Source: Candidatus Parcubacteria bacterium
GTDB lineage: Bacteria; Patescibacteriota; Minisyncoccia; Minisyncoccales; S141-161
DNA: 41,788 bases
Assembly (NCBI GenBank): GCA_027046565.1
Contig: JALTXW010000034.1
Location: forward strand, 1 to 41,788
Direction of reading: 5' to 3'
In this document: piece by piece, positions 28,082 to 37,959 of the stretch
Layout of the letters: each line of letters opens with the position of its first letter
Position numbering within the stretch: the stretch's first letter is position 1
Translations under genes and position numbers: made by a program
The notes under the pieces: model-generated
What the model saw: the letters and a program-made list of their open reading frames with translations, nothing else
Told to the model about the DNA's origin: nothing
Database searches by the model: none

Positions 28082-28891
28082 TTAGAATTTTAGAAATGGC
28101 AGTATAAGTTTTTTGTTGAAAGTAAATACAATCTCATCCTCCGCAGAAACTGAACTTTGATCAAAAAATCTATCAATTTCGTTAAAAATAAACTCAAAAT
28201 CTCTTTTTAACTTCCAGCTTTCTTCTAAATTATTTTTGCTAGCAAGCACCACAAATATTCTGTTATCTGCGCCAAATCTTTGAGATCCCTGATTTTCGTA
28301 TAACCAAATTATAAGCTCTTTAGGATTTCTTAGTGCTTCATCCAAGGTATAATTTTTAGGCAGATAAGTAATTTTTAAATCAAATGGTTGATTGTCAAAA
28401 AAGATATCAATTCCTTTATATTTCTTTAAGGTTGGTACGACCCGTGGATGCTGACTTATATGATCTTCAATCAAAACCGTGGTCCAGTGATTGAACCAAG
28501 TAGCTATTACATAATGAGTAATATCATCGTGAAGCTTACTTTTTACTCTTTCGATTAAATCGTTATATCTTACAAATCTCCTTACATATTCAGTTTGGAT
28601 CTTTTGATCTAATTGGCCCTGTACTACTCCCCATTTAAATTCTTTAACTTTCATCAACTCTTGTTTTAACTCTTCATCCGAAATTAACCTTCGCCTCTTT
28701 TCTACATATTCTCGATATTTCAACTTTATAAACTCATCGATTTTCTCCTCTGGAATATCAATTAATCTTTTGATAAGATCGGAGGCTTTACCTTTTGAAT
28801 CTATCCCTAAAGATTCTGCCAACTCTCTTAACTCTTGAGTTCTCAGTGAATTTAACTTCAGGTTTATTAATTCTTTCTTTGAAACCAGCAT
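28082..28891 (-). CDS. Putative type II restriction endonuclease (PD-(D/E)XK); C-terminus probably frameshifted
   Basis: Directly follows the DNA MTase; GIDIFF....FDLK motif. Confidence 0.7.
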   Translation of the reverse strand: MLVSKKELINLKLNSLRTQELRELAESLGIDSKGKASDLIKRLIDIPEEKIDEFIKLKYREYVEKRRRLISDEELKQELMKVKEFKWGVVQGQLDQKIQTEYVRRFVRYNDLIERVKSKLHDDITHYVIATWFNHWTTVLIEDHISQHPRVVPTLKKYKGIDIFFDNQPFDLKITYLPKNYTLDEALRNPKELIIWLYENQGSQRFGADNRIFVVLASKNNLEESWKLKRDFEFIFNEIDRFFDQSSVSAEDEIVFTFNKKLILPFLKF

Positions 28892-28894
28892 AAC

Positions 28895-29707
28895 TTATTT
28901 TTTTTGAAATAATAAAATATATTCGTGCTTAAATATATAAAACCCCCCAACTAAAGCTCGGTAACGCCAGAGGTGCTCTTGGTTTCTTTTTGCACGGTTG
29001 TTCACCATATTTTTTACTAATATACTTTTAAGCTTTAGATCCTTTTTTCCTCTCTTAAGCGTCTCTTCCATTACATAGAATCCTAAAGGAATCCATTCGG
29101 AGTTGGTATATTTATCTCCAATCACAATAGCTAAATAATGTTTACTTTCCAGCAAATCAATGAAATTAGAAACAACGTCGCCAAATAATTTCAAAAATTC
29201 TCGAATAGATTTGGCATTACTCAAATCATCTTGACGGTTGCTAAACTTAATAATGTCATGATAGGGAGGGTGCATTATAATAAGTTGAACATTTTTTCTC
29301 TTGTACCTTTTTAAAATCTCATCCACTTTTTTTCTTGTTTCTTTTTTAGTGCTGTCAGCAATTAAAATTTCTGTAAATACCTCCTTATCAAATAAAGATT
29401 CTTGGTTTATTCTTTGTTTTGCCATCTGAGCAACTTCTGGTAAAAGTTCTATTCCAATACCGTTTCTTCCTAACCTTTTACATTCTATAAGCGTAGTACC
29501 ACTTCCCAAAAAAGTATCTAACACCACATCCCCTTTTTTTGTAAATCTTCTCATTAACTGATTAGGAATTTGAGGGATGAAATTCCCATGGTAATCACCT
29601 CGGTGAGCTCCAGAATTATCTCTTTCTGGAATGATCCAGAGGCTATCTGTGATTATATCTTTATACTGCTTCCAATTATTTAAATTTAAGTCGTTGATCT
29701 TGTCCAT
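28895..29707 (-). CDS. N4-cytosine/N6-adenine DNA methyltransferase
   Basis: Motif I DTFLGSGTT precedes motif IV variant HPPY; YHGNFIPQIP. Confidence 0.92.
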   Translation of the reverse strand: MDKINDLNLNNWKQYKDIITDSLWIIPERDNSGAHRGDYHGNFIPQIPNQLMRRFTKKGDVVLDTFLGSGTTLIECKRLGRNGIGIELLPEVAQMAKQRINQESLFDKEVFTEILIADSTKKETRKKVDEILKRYKRKNVQLIIMHPPYHDIIKFSNRQDDLSNAKSIREFLKLFGDVVSNFIDLLESKHYLAIVIGDKYTNSEWIPLGFYVMEETLKRGKKDLKLKSILVKNMVNNRAKRNQEHLWRYRALVGGFYIFKHEYILLFQKK

Positions 29708-29934
29708 AGTAATTTTATTTTAGCAATTCACCTGGACTTGGGTTTAAAGCGTAAGAAACAATTTTGGGGTAATATAATTTAGTTTAAATTTAGTTTATTA
29801 CTAACTATACCATTTGAAAATTTAAAAAGAAAGTCAAAAAAAAATCTAAAAAAATTTGTTTTTTATAGGCTGGAAAAGTTAAGCAGAGTAGACAGAAAAT
29901 CTAAGAAAACGTTAAAAAGGTAATTATTGTTTAG

Positions 29935-30005
29935 TCGGGGTGCTGGGATTCGAACCCAGGCTACGTGCTCCCAAAGCACGCGTGCTACCATTACACCACA
30001 CCCCG
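29935..30005 (-). tRNA. tRNA-Pro(TGG), CCA not encoded
   Basis: CGGGGTG/CACCCCG acceptor stem, CGTGC-TTTGGGA-GCACG, GGTTCGAATCC; TTGACT-N17-TAGATT upstream (30020-30048). Confidence 0.96.
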
Positions 30006-30056
30006 ATTGACTATTAAAAAATCTACTGCAAAATTCTTTCTAAGTCAAAATTTCAA

Positions 30057-31469
30057 TCATTTTAAAATTCCTTTGTCTATGTAGTCTTGATACTCAGCTG
30101 TTTTTTTCATTACTTGATAGCGATAAGCTCTACCGCCTGCTCTTTGACATCTTGGAGTCATCCTTGAAGTTCCACATAAATAAGCTGTAACCGCTCCAAT
30201 TTCATCTTTTATTAACTGAGAATTTGCTCCCCAATCTGCTAAATACAAAGCCGCAGCTAAAAAGGCATCCTTTATCCTCCAAGGATTAGCAGGTTTCACT
30301 TTAAGAATCTTTTCAATTCTTTCTTTGTAAAGCATCCAAGTTGAAGGCAAAAATTGAGCTGGCCCCATAGCTCCTCCCCATTGAACTCTCCCTCCATTAA
30401 TTGCACAAGAAACAGGAGTAGAATCAGGATTCAAGCCTAATTCCTTAGTAATCTTTAGGAAATCTGACCATTGATTTTTACGCATCACTCTCTTCCAACT
30501 TATCTCTGGATATCTACAATTAGGATTACCTTTACAATTACACTGGCCTACATTTTTGCCAATTGCAGATTCTACAGATAGCAATCCTAACAACAAAGCA
30601 GGCCTCACTCCTGTAATTTTACTAATTTGCTTAGCTAATGTATAAGCCTCTTGTAAAGTAGGAGCTTTTTCTTCTGGAACTTGAGCTAACTCAAAAATTT
30701 TAGCTCTAATCTCTTCTGCTTTCTTTTCAGCTTCAGATAAATATCTCTCAAACAACCTTTTCTCTCCCCGAGTTTTAGCCAAAAGCACTTCTCTTTCTTT
30801 CTTTAGTTTTTCTAACTCTTCTTTTCGAAGCTTGCTTAAAAGAAAGCTCTTTTCTAGTTCTTCTTTTTCTCTACCCAATTCTTCTTGCTGGAAAGTTAAA
30901 TAAGATTTCAAATCTTCTAACTGAGAAAGGGTATTTTGCATTTGAAGCTGAAGAATTTCCAAAGAAGTGAGATTGAAAAAGAACTGAGAAAAAGTCTCTT
31001 GGCTCAGCAAAATTTCTACCAAACTCCTTTTGCTCTGCTCATAAAATAACTGCAATAGATTGGCTAAGGCCTCTTTGGTTTTATCTATTTTAGCTAAAGT
31101 GTTTTGAATTGATTTTTTAGTATCTTCCAATTGAAAACTTAAAGCCTTTATCTCCAAATCCGTTTTATAGATCAAAGACTCTAAACTTTTAATTCTACTG
31201 TTGTAAATTGCAATTTGATTTTTAAAGGTCTTCTCTTTAGCTTCCCTTTCTAGAACTTCCTTTCTATATTTTTCGGCTTGCTGCTCATAAAAAGACTGAC
31301 ATCTTTCCAAAAACTTCTGGCAGGAAGCAGGAGTTAAATTCTTGCAATAAGAATCTATCTTTTCCAAAGTGGAACAAATATTAGAAAGGTCTTCTTGAGC
31401 AAGAGAAGTCAAATCTATAAAGATTAAAAAAATAAAAAATATGGAGAGCTTTAAAATGAGCTTTAACAT
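30057..31469 (-). CDS. Exported coiled-coil protein with C-terminal lytic murein transglycosylase domain
   Basis: Signal peptide, long heptad region, VES..G.N, GGAMGPAQFLPSTW, NPW...DA..AAA.YL. Confidence 0.88.
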   Translation of the reverse strand: MLKLILKLSIFFIFLIFIDLTSLAQEDLSNICSTLEKIDSYCKNLTPASCQKFLERCQSFYEQQAEKYRKEVLEREAKEKTFKNQIAIYNSRIKSLESLIYKTDLEIKALSFQLEDTKKSIQNTLAKIDKTKEALANLLQLFYEQSKRSLVEILLSQETFSQFFFNLTSLEILQLQMQNTLSQLEDLKSYLTFQQEELGREKEELEKSFLLSKLRKEELEKLKKEREVLLAKTRGEKRLFERYLSEAEKKAEEIRAKIFELAQVPEEKAPTLQEAYTLAKQISKITGVRPALLLGLLSVESAIGKNVGQCNCKGNPNCRYPEISWKRVMRKNQWSDFLKITKELGLNPDSTPVSCAINGGRVQWGGAMGPAQFLPSTWMLYKERIEKILKVKPANPWRIKDAFLAAALYLADWGANSQLIKDEIGAVTAYLCGTSRMTPRCQRAGGRAYRYQVMKKTAEYQDYIDKGILK

Positions 31470-31477
31470 ATAACCTT

Positions 31478-32113
31478 TTAATCTGATTCTTCTTTCTTCC
31501 TTTTTTCTACTTGAATTTGAGAAAAATCTTCTTCTATTGGCTTATCTAACTCTGCCTCTACATCTTCTGGAGGAATTACGGTAACTATTACTTGCTCTGG
31601 ATCAGCTAAGACTTTAACTTGCGAAGAAATCTGAAGATCTTTTACCTTAATTCCTTTATGAAACTCATCTAAAGATGAAAGGTTTACTTTAATTTCCGAA
31701 GGCAGGTCCTGAGGTAAAGCTCTCACTTTTAGCTCTTGAAGATTTTTAACCAAGGTTCCTCCCAACTTGCTTACCGCTGGAGCTTCGCCTTCAAAAACCA
31801 AAGGAACAAAACTTTCCACCTCTTCTGTAAAGGAAGGAGCATAAAAATCTACGTGAATAAACTCTAAACTCAAAGGGTCTAATTGGAAGTCGTGAATTAA
31901 AGCCTGATAAGCTTTTCCTTCCAAATCTAACTCTATTAAAGAGCTTTCTCCAGCTTCCTTAAAAACTTTTTTAAATTCCTTCAGATCTACCATCACCGGG
32001 ATACTTTCTTTACCTACTAAAGGTCCGTAGAGCACCCCAGGGAGCATTCCTTCTTTCCTTAAAGCTTTAACTTTTTGATCTAAACCTCTTTTTTGCACTT
32101 TAAGCTTAAGCAT
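31478..32113 (-). CDS. rplY: 50S ribosomal protein L25 (CTC/TL5 long form)
   Basis: LR..G.LPGVLYG, Q.DP.....IHVDFY, VPL.FEGEAPAV...GG, P.DLP..I.V. Confidence 0.95.
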   Translation of the reverse strand: MLKLKVQKRGLDQKVKALRKEGMLPGVLYGPLVGKESIPVMVDLKEFKKVFKEAGESSLIELDLEGKAYQALIHDFQLDPLSLEFIHVDFYAPSFTEEVESFVPLVFEGEAPAVSKLGGTLVKNLQELKVRALPQDLPSEIKVNLSSLDEFHKGIKVKDLQISSQVKVLADPEQVIVTVIPPEDVEAELDKPIEEDFSQIQVEKRKKEESD

Positions 32114-32177
32114 AAAGCCTTTTTTAATTTAACAAAAGCTTCACTAAAAATCAACTTTAAAAATTCTTTAAAGATCC

Positions 32178-32207
32178 TTGACATCAAATCTAAAAATAAG
32201 GTAAAAT
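32178..32207 (+). promoter_or_regulatory. sigma70-like promoter for the small acidic ORF
   Basis: TTGACA-N18-TAAAAT followed by a 5' hairpin gcccctt-gtaaa-aaggggc (32215-32233). Confidence 0.6.
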
Positions 32208-32283
32208 ACTTAGTGCCCCTTGTAAAAAGGGGCTTTTAAAATAAAGGTCAAAAATTTCAGTTGGGAAAAATAAGTTAAAAAGT

Positions 32284-32373
32284 ATGATCAGAGCTTACAT
32301 TCTTCAGGAAGAAGAGGAAGACACTACTGGAGAAGAGGAAGGAGGAGAAAACACTGAAGAAGGTAGTTGGTAA
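32284..32373 (+). CDS. Unannotated 29-aa acidic peptide MIRAYILQEEEEDTTGEEEGGENTEEGSW
   Basis: Lies between a promoter and a strong terminator, opposite to the flanking genes. Confidence 0.6.
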   Translation: MIRAYILQEEEEDTTGEEEGGENTEEGSW

Positions 32374-32388
32374 ACCTTCCTCTCTCCC

Positions 32389-32428
32389 CCACCCTCTAAG
32401 AGTTTTCTTAGAGGGTGGTTTTTGTTTT
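32389..32428 (+). terminator. Rho-independent terminator
   Basis: 13-bp stem ccaccctctaaga-gttt-tcttagagggtgg followed by tttttgtttt. Confidence 0.88.
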
Positions 32429-32966
32429 AGCTTATCTTTTTGAGAATATCTTCTTTTTTGTAAGCTAAAAGTTTCAATAGAGAGACCACATCCCCTACCT
32501 CTTCTCTAAAAGGTTTAGGTCCTATAAAAAACTCCCAAAACTCTTTTAATAAAAGCTCAACTTTTTGAGAATTTAACTCCCCCCAAGCTTGTTGTTTCAA
32601 AAGTTCAGTTAAAGCTTTAAACTCTCCCCTTTCTAACCACATTCCCTGGCAAACTTTACAAACCTCTAAACTTATATTTTCTTTAAGTTCTCTTTCTGAA
32701 GTTAAAACCTCTGCAGGATATAAAACTTGATAAAGATTAAGTCTACAATGAGGACAACTTTTATAGCTAACTTTAGCTTCAGATAATAAATCTTCTTCAA
32801 AGATCTTGAGATCTTTCCACCTTAGAAGCTTATCTTTATTATCTTTAATCAAATCCAACTCCTCTCGTTCAAAAAACACCCCTAAACAAAGAGGACAATA
32901 ATCCACCTTCACCTCATAAAAAAGAGCTTGCTCTAAGTCCTCTTTGCATTCTGGACATTTTTTCAT
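32427..32966 (-). CDS. Double zinc-ribbon (zf-TFIIB-like) protein
   Basis: CPEC/CPLC.G.F...EL and CPHC/CKVCQGMWLERGE. Confidence 0.85.
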   Translation of the reverse strand: MKKCPECKEDLEQALFYEVKVDYCPLCLGVFFEREELDLIKDNKDKLLRWKDLKIFEEDLLSEAKVSYKSCPHCRLNLYQVLYPAEVLTSERELKENISLEVCKVCQGMWLERGEFKALTELLKQQAWGELNSQKVELLLKEFWEFFIGPKPFREEVGDVVSLLKLLAYKKEDILKKIS

Positions 32967-33865
32967 ATGTGCATCGATCTCAAAGCTTTAATCCTCTCTT
33001 CAATTGGAGGATGGGTAGAAAAAAGATTAGTTAACCAAGATCGAGCCTGTTTGCCTTTAAAGGGATTAGCAAAGAACAAATGAGCTGTAGCCTGAGATGC
33101 TCTTTGCATTGGAGTTTGATCTTGAGCTATCTTCTCTAAAGCTCGAGCTAAACCTTCAGGATATCTAGTAAGCAAAGCTCCAGTAGCATCTGCTAAAAAC
33201 TCTCTTCTTCTTGAAATTGCAAACCTTATTAGCTGAGCTAAAATTGGAGCTAAGATAGCCAAAATTAAACCTAAAACTAATAACAAAGCTTGAGCCTTAG
33301 AGTCTCTATCTCGGCTATATATTCCTCCCCAAAAGAGCATTCGCCAAAAGAGGTCTGCTAAATAGACTACAATTCCAACTAGGACTACTACCATAGAAGA
33401 GAGTAAAATATCTCTGTTTCCTATATGAGCTAACTCGTGAGCTAAAACTCCCTCCAACTCTGTTCTTTCTAATTTATTCAAAAGGCCTCTGGTAACTACA
33501 ATCGCTGAATGTTTTGGATTTCTTCCTGTAGCAAAAGCATTAGGTTGAGTTTCTTCCATAATGTAAAGCTTGGGCATAGGTAAGCCCGCTGTAATACAAA
33601 GGTTTTCCACTAACCTGTAAAGTTCAGGGTTTTCTTCTTTTTTAACTGGCTTAGCTCCGCTTAAAGCAATAACAACTTTATCTGAATACCAATAGCTGGC
33701 AAAAGCTGAGATAAAGCTTAAAATTATAGCTAAAATCAAAATTAGTTGGCTGTTAAAAACTAAAGAAAAGGCCCAACCTAAAAAGATTACTACAACTACA
33801 AAGAAAGTAAGGTAAAAATAAGATCTTCTTAAGTTTTTTTCAGCTAGATTATACAAAGATGGCAT
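32963..33865 (-). CDS. htpX: Membrane zinc metalloprotease HtpX (M48)
   Basis: PNAFATGR, GVLAHELAH, SRRREFLAD, STHPP..ERI. Confidence 0.95.
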   Translation of the reverse strand: MPSLYNLAEKNLRRSYFYLTFFVVVVIFLGWAFSLVFNSQLILILAIILSFISAFASYWYSDKVVIALSGAKPVKKEENPELYRLVENLCITAGLPMPKLYIMEETQPNAFATGRNPKHSAIVVTRGLLNKLERTELEGVLAHELAHIGNRDILLSSMVVVLVGIVVYLADLFWRMLFWGGIYSRDRDSKAQALLLVLGLILAILAPILAQLIRFAISRRREFLADATGALLTRYPEGLARALEKIAQDQTPMQRASQATAHLFFANPFKGKQARSWLTNLFSTHPPIEERIKALRSMHI

Positions 33866-33868
33866 AAG

Positions 33869-34423
33869 CTAAAAGCTTACTTTGGGAACTTCCTTCGCTT
33901 TTTCTTCCTCTAATTCAAAGAACTCTTCAGGTTTGAAATTAAACAACTTAGCAACCAAACTATTAGGAAAAACCTGAAGGGCGTTGTTATAATCCATCAC
34001 TACACTATTGTAGAATCTCCTAGCTGATTGAATTTTATCTTCGGTATCTCTTAGCTCTCTTTGGAGTTCTAAAAAGTTTTGGGAAGCCTTTAAATCAGGA
34101 TAGTCTTCAGCTACTGCGAACAAAGACTTTAAAGTTTGAGATAAAAAGTTTTCAGCTTCTCCCTTTTCTTTAGGAGTTTGAGCTTGCAAAGCTTTACTCC
34201 TAGCTTCTGTAACTTTCTCAAAGACTCCTTTCTCATGAGCTGCATATCCTTTTACCGTTTCAACTAAATTAGGAATTAAATTATGCCTTCTCTTTAGCTG
34301 AACTTCAATATCTGACCAAGCTTCCCTTACTCTGTTTCTTAATACTACTAAACGATTAAAGGTAAAAATTAACCAAAGAACTAAAATTCCTATTATAATT
34401 AAGCTCCAGCCTAAATATCCCAT
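33869..34423 (-). CDS. lemA: LemA family protein
   Basis: AWSDIEVQLKRR..LIPNLVETVKGYA.HE, YPDLKASQNF, ARRFYN. Confidence 0.96.
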   Translation of the reverse strand: MGYLGWSLIIIGILVLWLIFTFNRLVVLRNRVREAWSDIEVQLKRRHNLIPNLVETVKGYAAHEKGVFEKVTEARSKALQAQTPKEKGEAENFLSQTLKSLFAVAEDYPDLKASQNFLELQRELRDTEDKIQSARRFYNSVVMDYNNALQVFPNSLVAKLFNFKPEEFFELEEEKAKEVPKVSF

Positions 34424-34475
34424 AGATTTTTTAACTTATATTCAATCTAAATAATAACCTAAAATTGAACAAATT

Positions 34476-34504
34476 AAAAGAGGGAGGAATTTTCTTCCTC
34501 CCTC
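34476..34504 (-). terminator. groESL terminator
   Basis: 10-bp stem gagggaggaa/ttcctccctc with T-run on the minus strand. Confidence 0.8.
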
Positions 34505-34530
34505 CAGCGTAAACCTTACTCTTATTAATT

Positions 34531-36177
<1,647 letters not shown>

Positions 36178-36188
36178 TTAAAGTTATT

Positions 36189-36482
36189 TTAATCTTCTAT
36201 GATAGCTAAAATATCATCCTCTTTAGCAATGAGGTACTCTTTGCCGTCGACCTTTATTTCAGTGGGGCCGTATTTGGTAAACAAAACTTTTTGGCCCTTT
36301 TTAACTGCAAGGGGTGCTAATTCTCCATTATCTAATCTCTTGCCTGGACCAACCGCAACTACCACCCCTTGCTCAGGCCTTTCTTTTTCCGCAGTTTCAG
36401 GAAGCAAAATTCCAGATTTGGTTTTTTCTTCTTCTTTAATAGGTTCGATTAATATGTAGTCGTACAAAGGTTTAATCTTCAT
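36189..36482 (-). CDS. groS: Co-chaperonin GroES
   Basis: IKPL.D, TKSGILLP.TA.KE.P..G.VVAVGPG. Confidence 0.98.
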   Translation of the reverse strand: MKIKPLYDYILIEPIKEEEKTKSGILLPETAEKERPEQGVVVAVGPGKRLDNGELAPLAVKKGQKVLFTKYGPTEIKVDGKEYLIAKEDDILAIIED

Positions 36483-36501
36483 AAAGCTTTACTTACTTTG
36501 A

Positions 36502-36528
36502 TGAGCAATCTCGACCTTTAACTGCTCA
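36502..36528. promoter_or_regulatory. Degenerate CIRCE-like operator
   Basis: TGAGCAATC-N9-AACTGCTCA versus consensus TTAGCACTC-N9-GAGTGCTAA, between the promoter and the groES ATG. Confidence 0.6.
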
Positions 36529-36537
36529 CATTAAATA

Positions 36538-36565
36538 ATTATAAGCTTTCTTTAAAAGTTGTCAA
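36538..36565 (-). promoter_or_regulatory. sigma70 promoter of groESL
   Basis: TTGACA-N16-TATAAT. Confidence 0.75.
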
Positions 36566-36568
36566 ATT

Positions 36569-36607
36569 AAAAAACGGGGAAGCTTACTCCAAATGACAAG
36601 CTTCCCC
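36569..36607 (-). terminator. Terminator of the orphan gene 36618-36956
   Basis: ggggaagctt/aagcttcccc stem followed by T6 on the minus strand. Confidence 0.8.
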
Positions 36608-36617
36608 TTTAATCTAA

Positions 36618-36956
36618 CTAAACATAACACTCTTCCCTCCTTATATTTTTTACTTTATCTTTCTCAGATAATTGCTTGAATACAAACTCCCTCAAAATAT
36701 CTAATCTTACATCTTCTACTACATAAATTGTGATAAGCTTTAGACTCTCTCTATTTCTCTTTAAGCAATAAATTAATCCTGAAATAGGGTTAAAAGCGTA
36801 GATAAATCCTGCTCTCCTCTCTTTTTCAATGAGCCCTAATCTTCTCAACAATTTCATAGGAACTACATACGATTCTCTTATTTCACTTTCTATCTCTTCT
36901 CTAGCTACCCTATCTACATATCTTATTTTAGAATGATAAGTCAGTTCGATCTTCAT
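36618..36956 (-). CDS. Hypothetical orphan protein with strong SD
   Basis: AAAGGAGGTGA upstream, extended -10 TGgTATAAC (36991-36999), own terminator. Confidence 0.7.
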   Translation of the reverse strand: MKIELTYHSKIRYVDRVAREEIESEIRESYVVPMKLLRRLGLIEKERRAGFIYAFNPISGLIYCLKRNRESLKLITIYVVEDVRLDILREFVFKQLSEKDKVKNIRREECYV

Positions 36957-37011
36957 TCGTCCTCACCTCCTTTCTATCTTATCTATCTTAGTTATACCAT
37001 ATTTAAATAGA

Positions 37012-37511
37012 AAAAGGGAGAGGCAGAGGAAGTAAGTGGGCAGGACGTAGAGCTTTACTTCTCCTCCGCCGTGGCTGAAGCGGAGGAGATCTGGCGGTTC
37101 AGCTCGCCGGAGCGCCGGCGAGCTATCTCGATGAGGGCGATGGTCCGCCGGTCCCGAGGGTTTGCTGGGACATAAACCCTGTCAGGGCCGGCGATGTAGA
37201 AGGGGATGCCGCGAATGGGAGCGTCGACACGCCTTAGACACTCCCACTCAACAGCCTGCTCGAGGTAGTAGGTGATCTCCTCGTGAGTGGTAGCGTAGTT
37301 AACCCTCGCGCACCAAAAAGCGATAGCAACACTCTCCCGAGCAGGAGAAGGGAAGCTGTCCTTGACCAGATCGAGAAAGCGCTTGGCCTCGGTCTCGCTC
37401 GGGAGCTGAGCGATCAACTCTCCCAACTCGCGCCAGGGGTACCGATGATCATTGGTGGTGTTCCTCATTATTTTCACCCCCTTTCTTATAGTCTCTCTGC
37501 CTCTCCCTTTT
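37012..37511. repeat. Perfect 17-bp inverted repeat (37012-37028 and 37495-37511) enclosing a GC-rich gene
   Basis: aaaagggagaggcagag ... ctctgcctctccctttt. Confidence 0.9.
37055..37468 (-). CDS. GC-rich orphan protein (137 aa)
   Basis: SD-like AAAGGGGGTGA before the ATG at 37468; sampled lines are 53-68% GC. Confidence 0.7.
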   Translation of the reverse strand: MRNTTNDHRYPWRELGELIAQLPSETEAKRFLDLVKDSFPSPARESVAIAFWCARVNYATTHEEITYYLEQAVEWECLRRVDAPIRGIPFYIAGPDRVYVPANPRDRRTIALIEIARRRSGELNRQISSASATAEEK

Positions 37512-37526
37512 CCAAGGGCTGGCCTT

Positions 37527-37555
37527 ATTTTAAATCAATCTCCCATAAAAGTCAA
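37527..37555 (-). promoter_or_regulatory. sigma70 promoter of the GC-rich orphan
   Basis: TTGACT-N17-TAAAAT. Confidence 0.7.
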
Positions 37556-37590
37556 GACTAGTCCCAAAATTTCGCCCCTTCAAGTGGGAT

Positions 37591-37611
37591 TTCAGACATT
37601 CGATGTCTGAA
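37591..37611. repeat. REP-like hairpin, family B, copy 2
   Basis: ttcagacat-tcg-atgtctgaa, perfect 9-bp stem. Confidence 0.75.
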
Positions 37612-37698
37612 CTTACATACGACCTCTATCTTAAAACCAAAGAACTCACTAAACCTTGGCAAGTTTGAATCCTCAGAAGGATTTGCGAATTTGCTATA

Positions 37699-37959
37699 CT
37701 ATTTTTTGTAAATATGTTTTCTATGGCCAATAGTAGCAAATAAAACTGTATTCTCTTCTACAAAAACAAAAATTACCATATAGTTTCTAGTGATTCTAAA
37801 AGAAAAAGGAAAGGGATGATCTTTCAACTTTTTAACATGGAGACGGGGATCTTTCCAGTTCTGACGAAAAATCTTTTCTTGTTTATAGTAAATCTTTTTA
37901 ACCCGAGGAGGTAATTTTTGAAACTCTTTCTGAAATTCTCTAGTGTAGAGAATCTTCAT
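37699..37959 (-). CDS. RelE/ParE-superfamily toxin
   Basis: MKILYT..F.K...KL, P.L...KL, SFRI...Y.VIF, IGHR..IY; 4-nt overlap with the antitoxin stop. Confidence 0.8.
   Translation of the reverse strand: MKILYTREFQKEFQKLPPRVKKIYYKQEKIFRQNWKDPRLHVKKLKDHPFPFSFRITRNYMVIFVFVEENTVLFATIGHRKHIYKK

Noticed and set aside
27980-29934. att duplication or integrase delimiting the RM locus
   Set aside because: No repeat of the tRNA-Pro 3' end and no recombinase is seen.
32284-32373. Pup/UBact-like modifier
   Set aside because: GGE is internal rather than C-terminal, and no ligase or proteasome genes are in the window.
37283-37561. 92-aa plus-strand ORF
   Set aside because: Antisense to the SD- and promoter-supported gene and runs through its promoter; open frames are expected at high GC.
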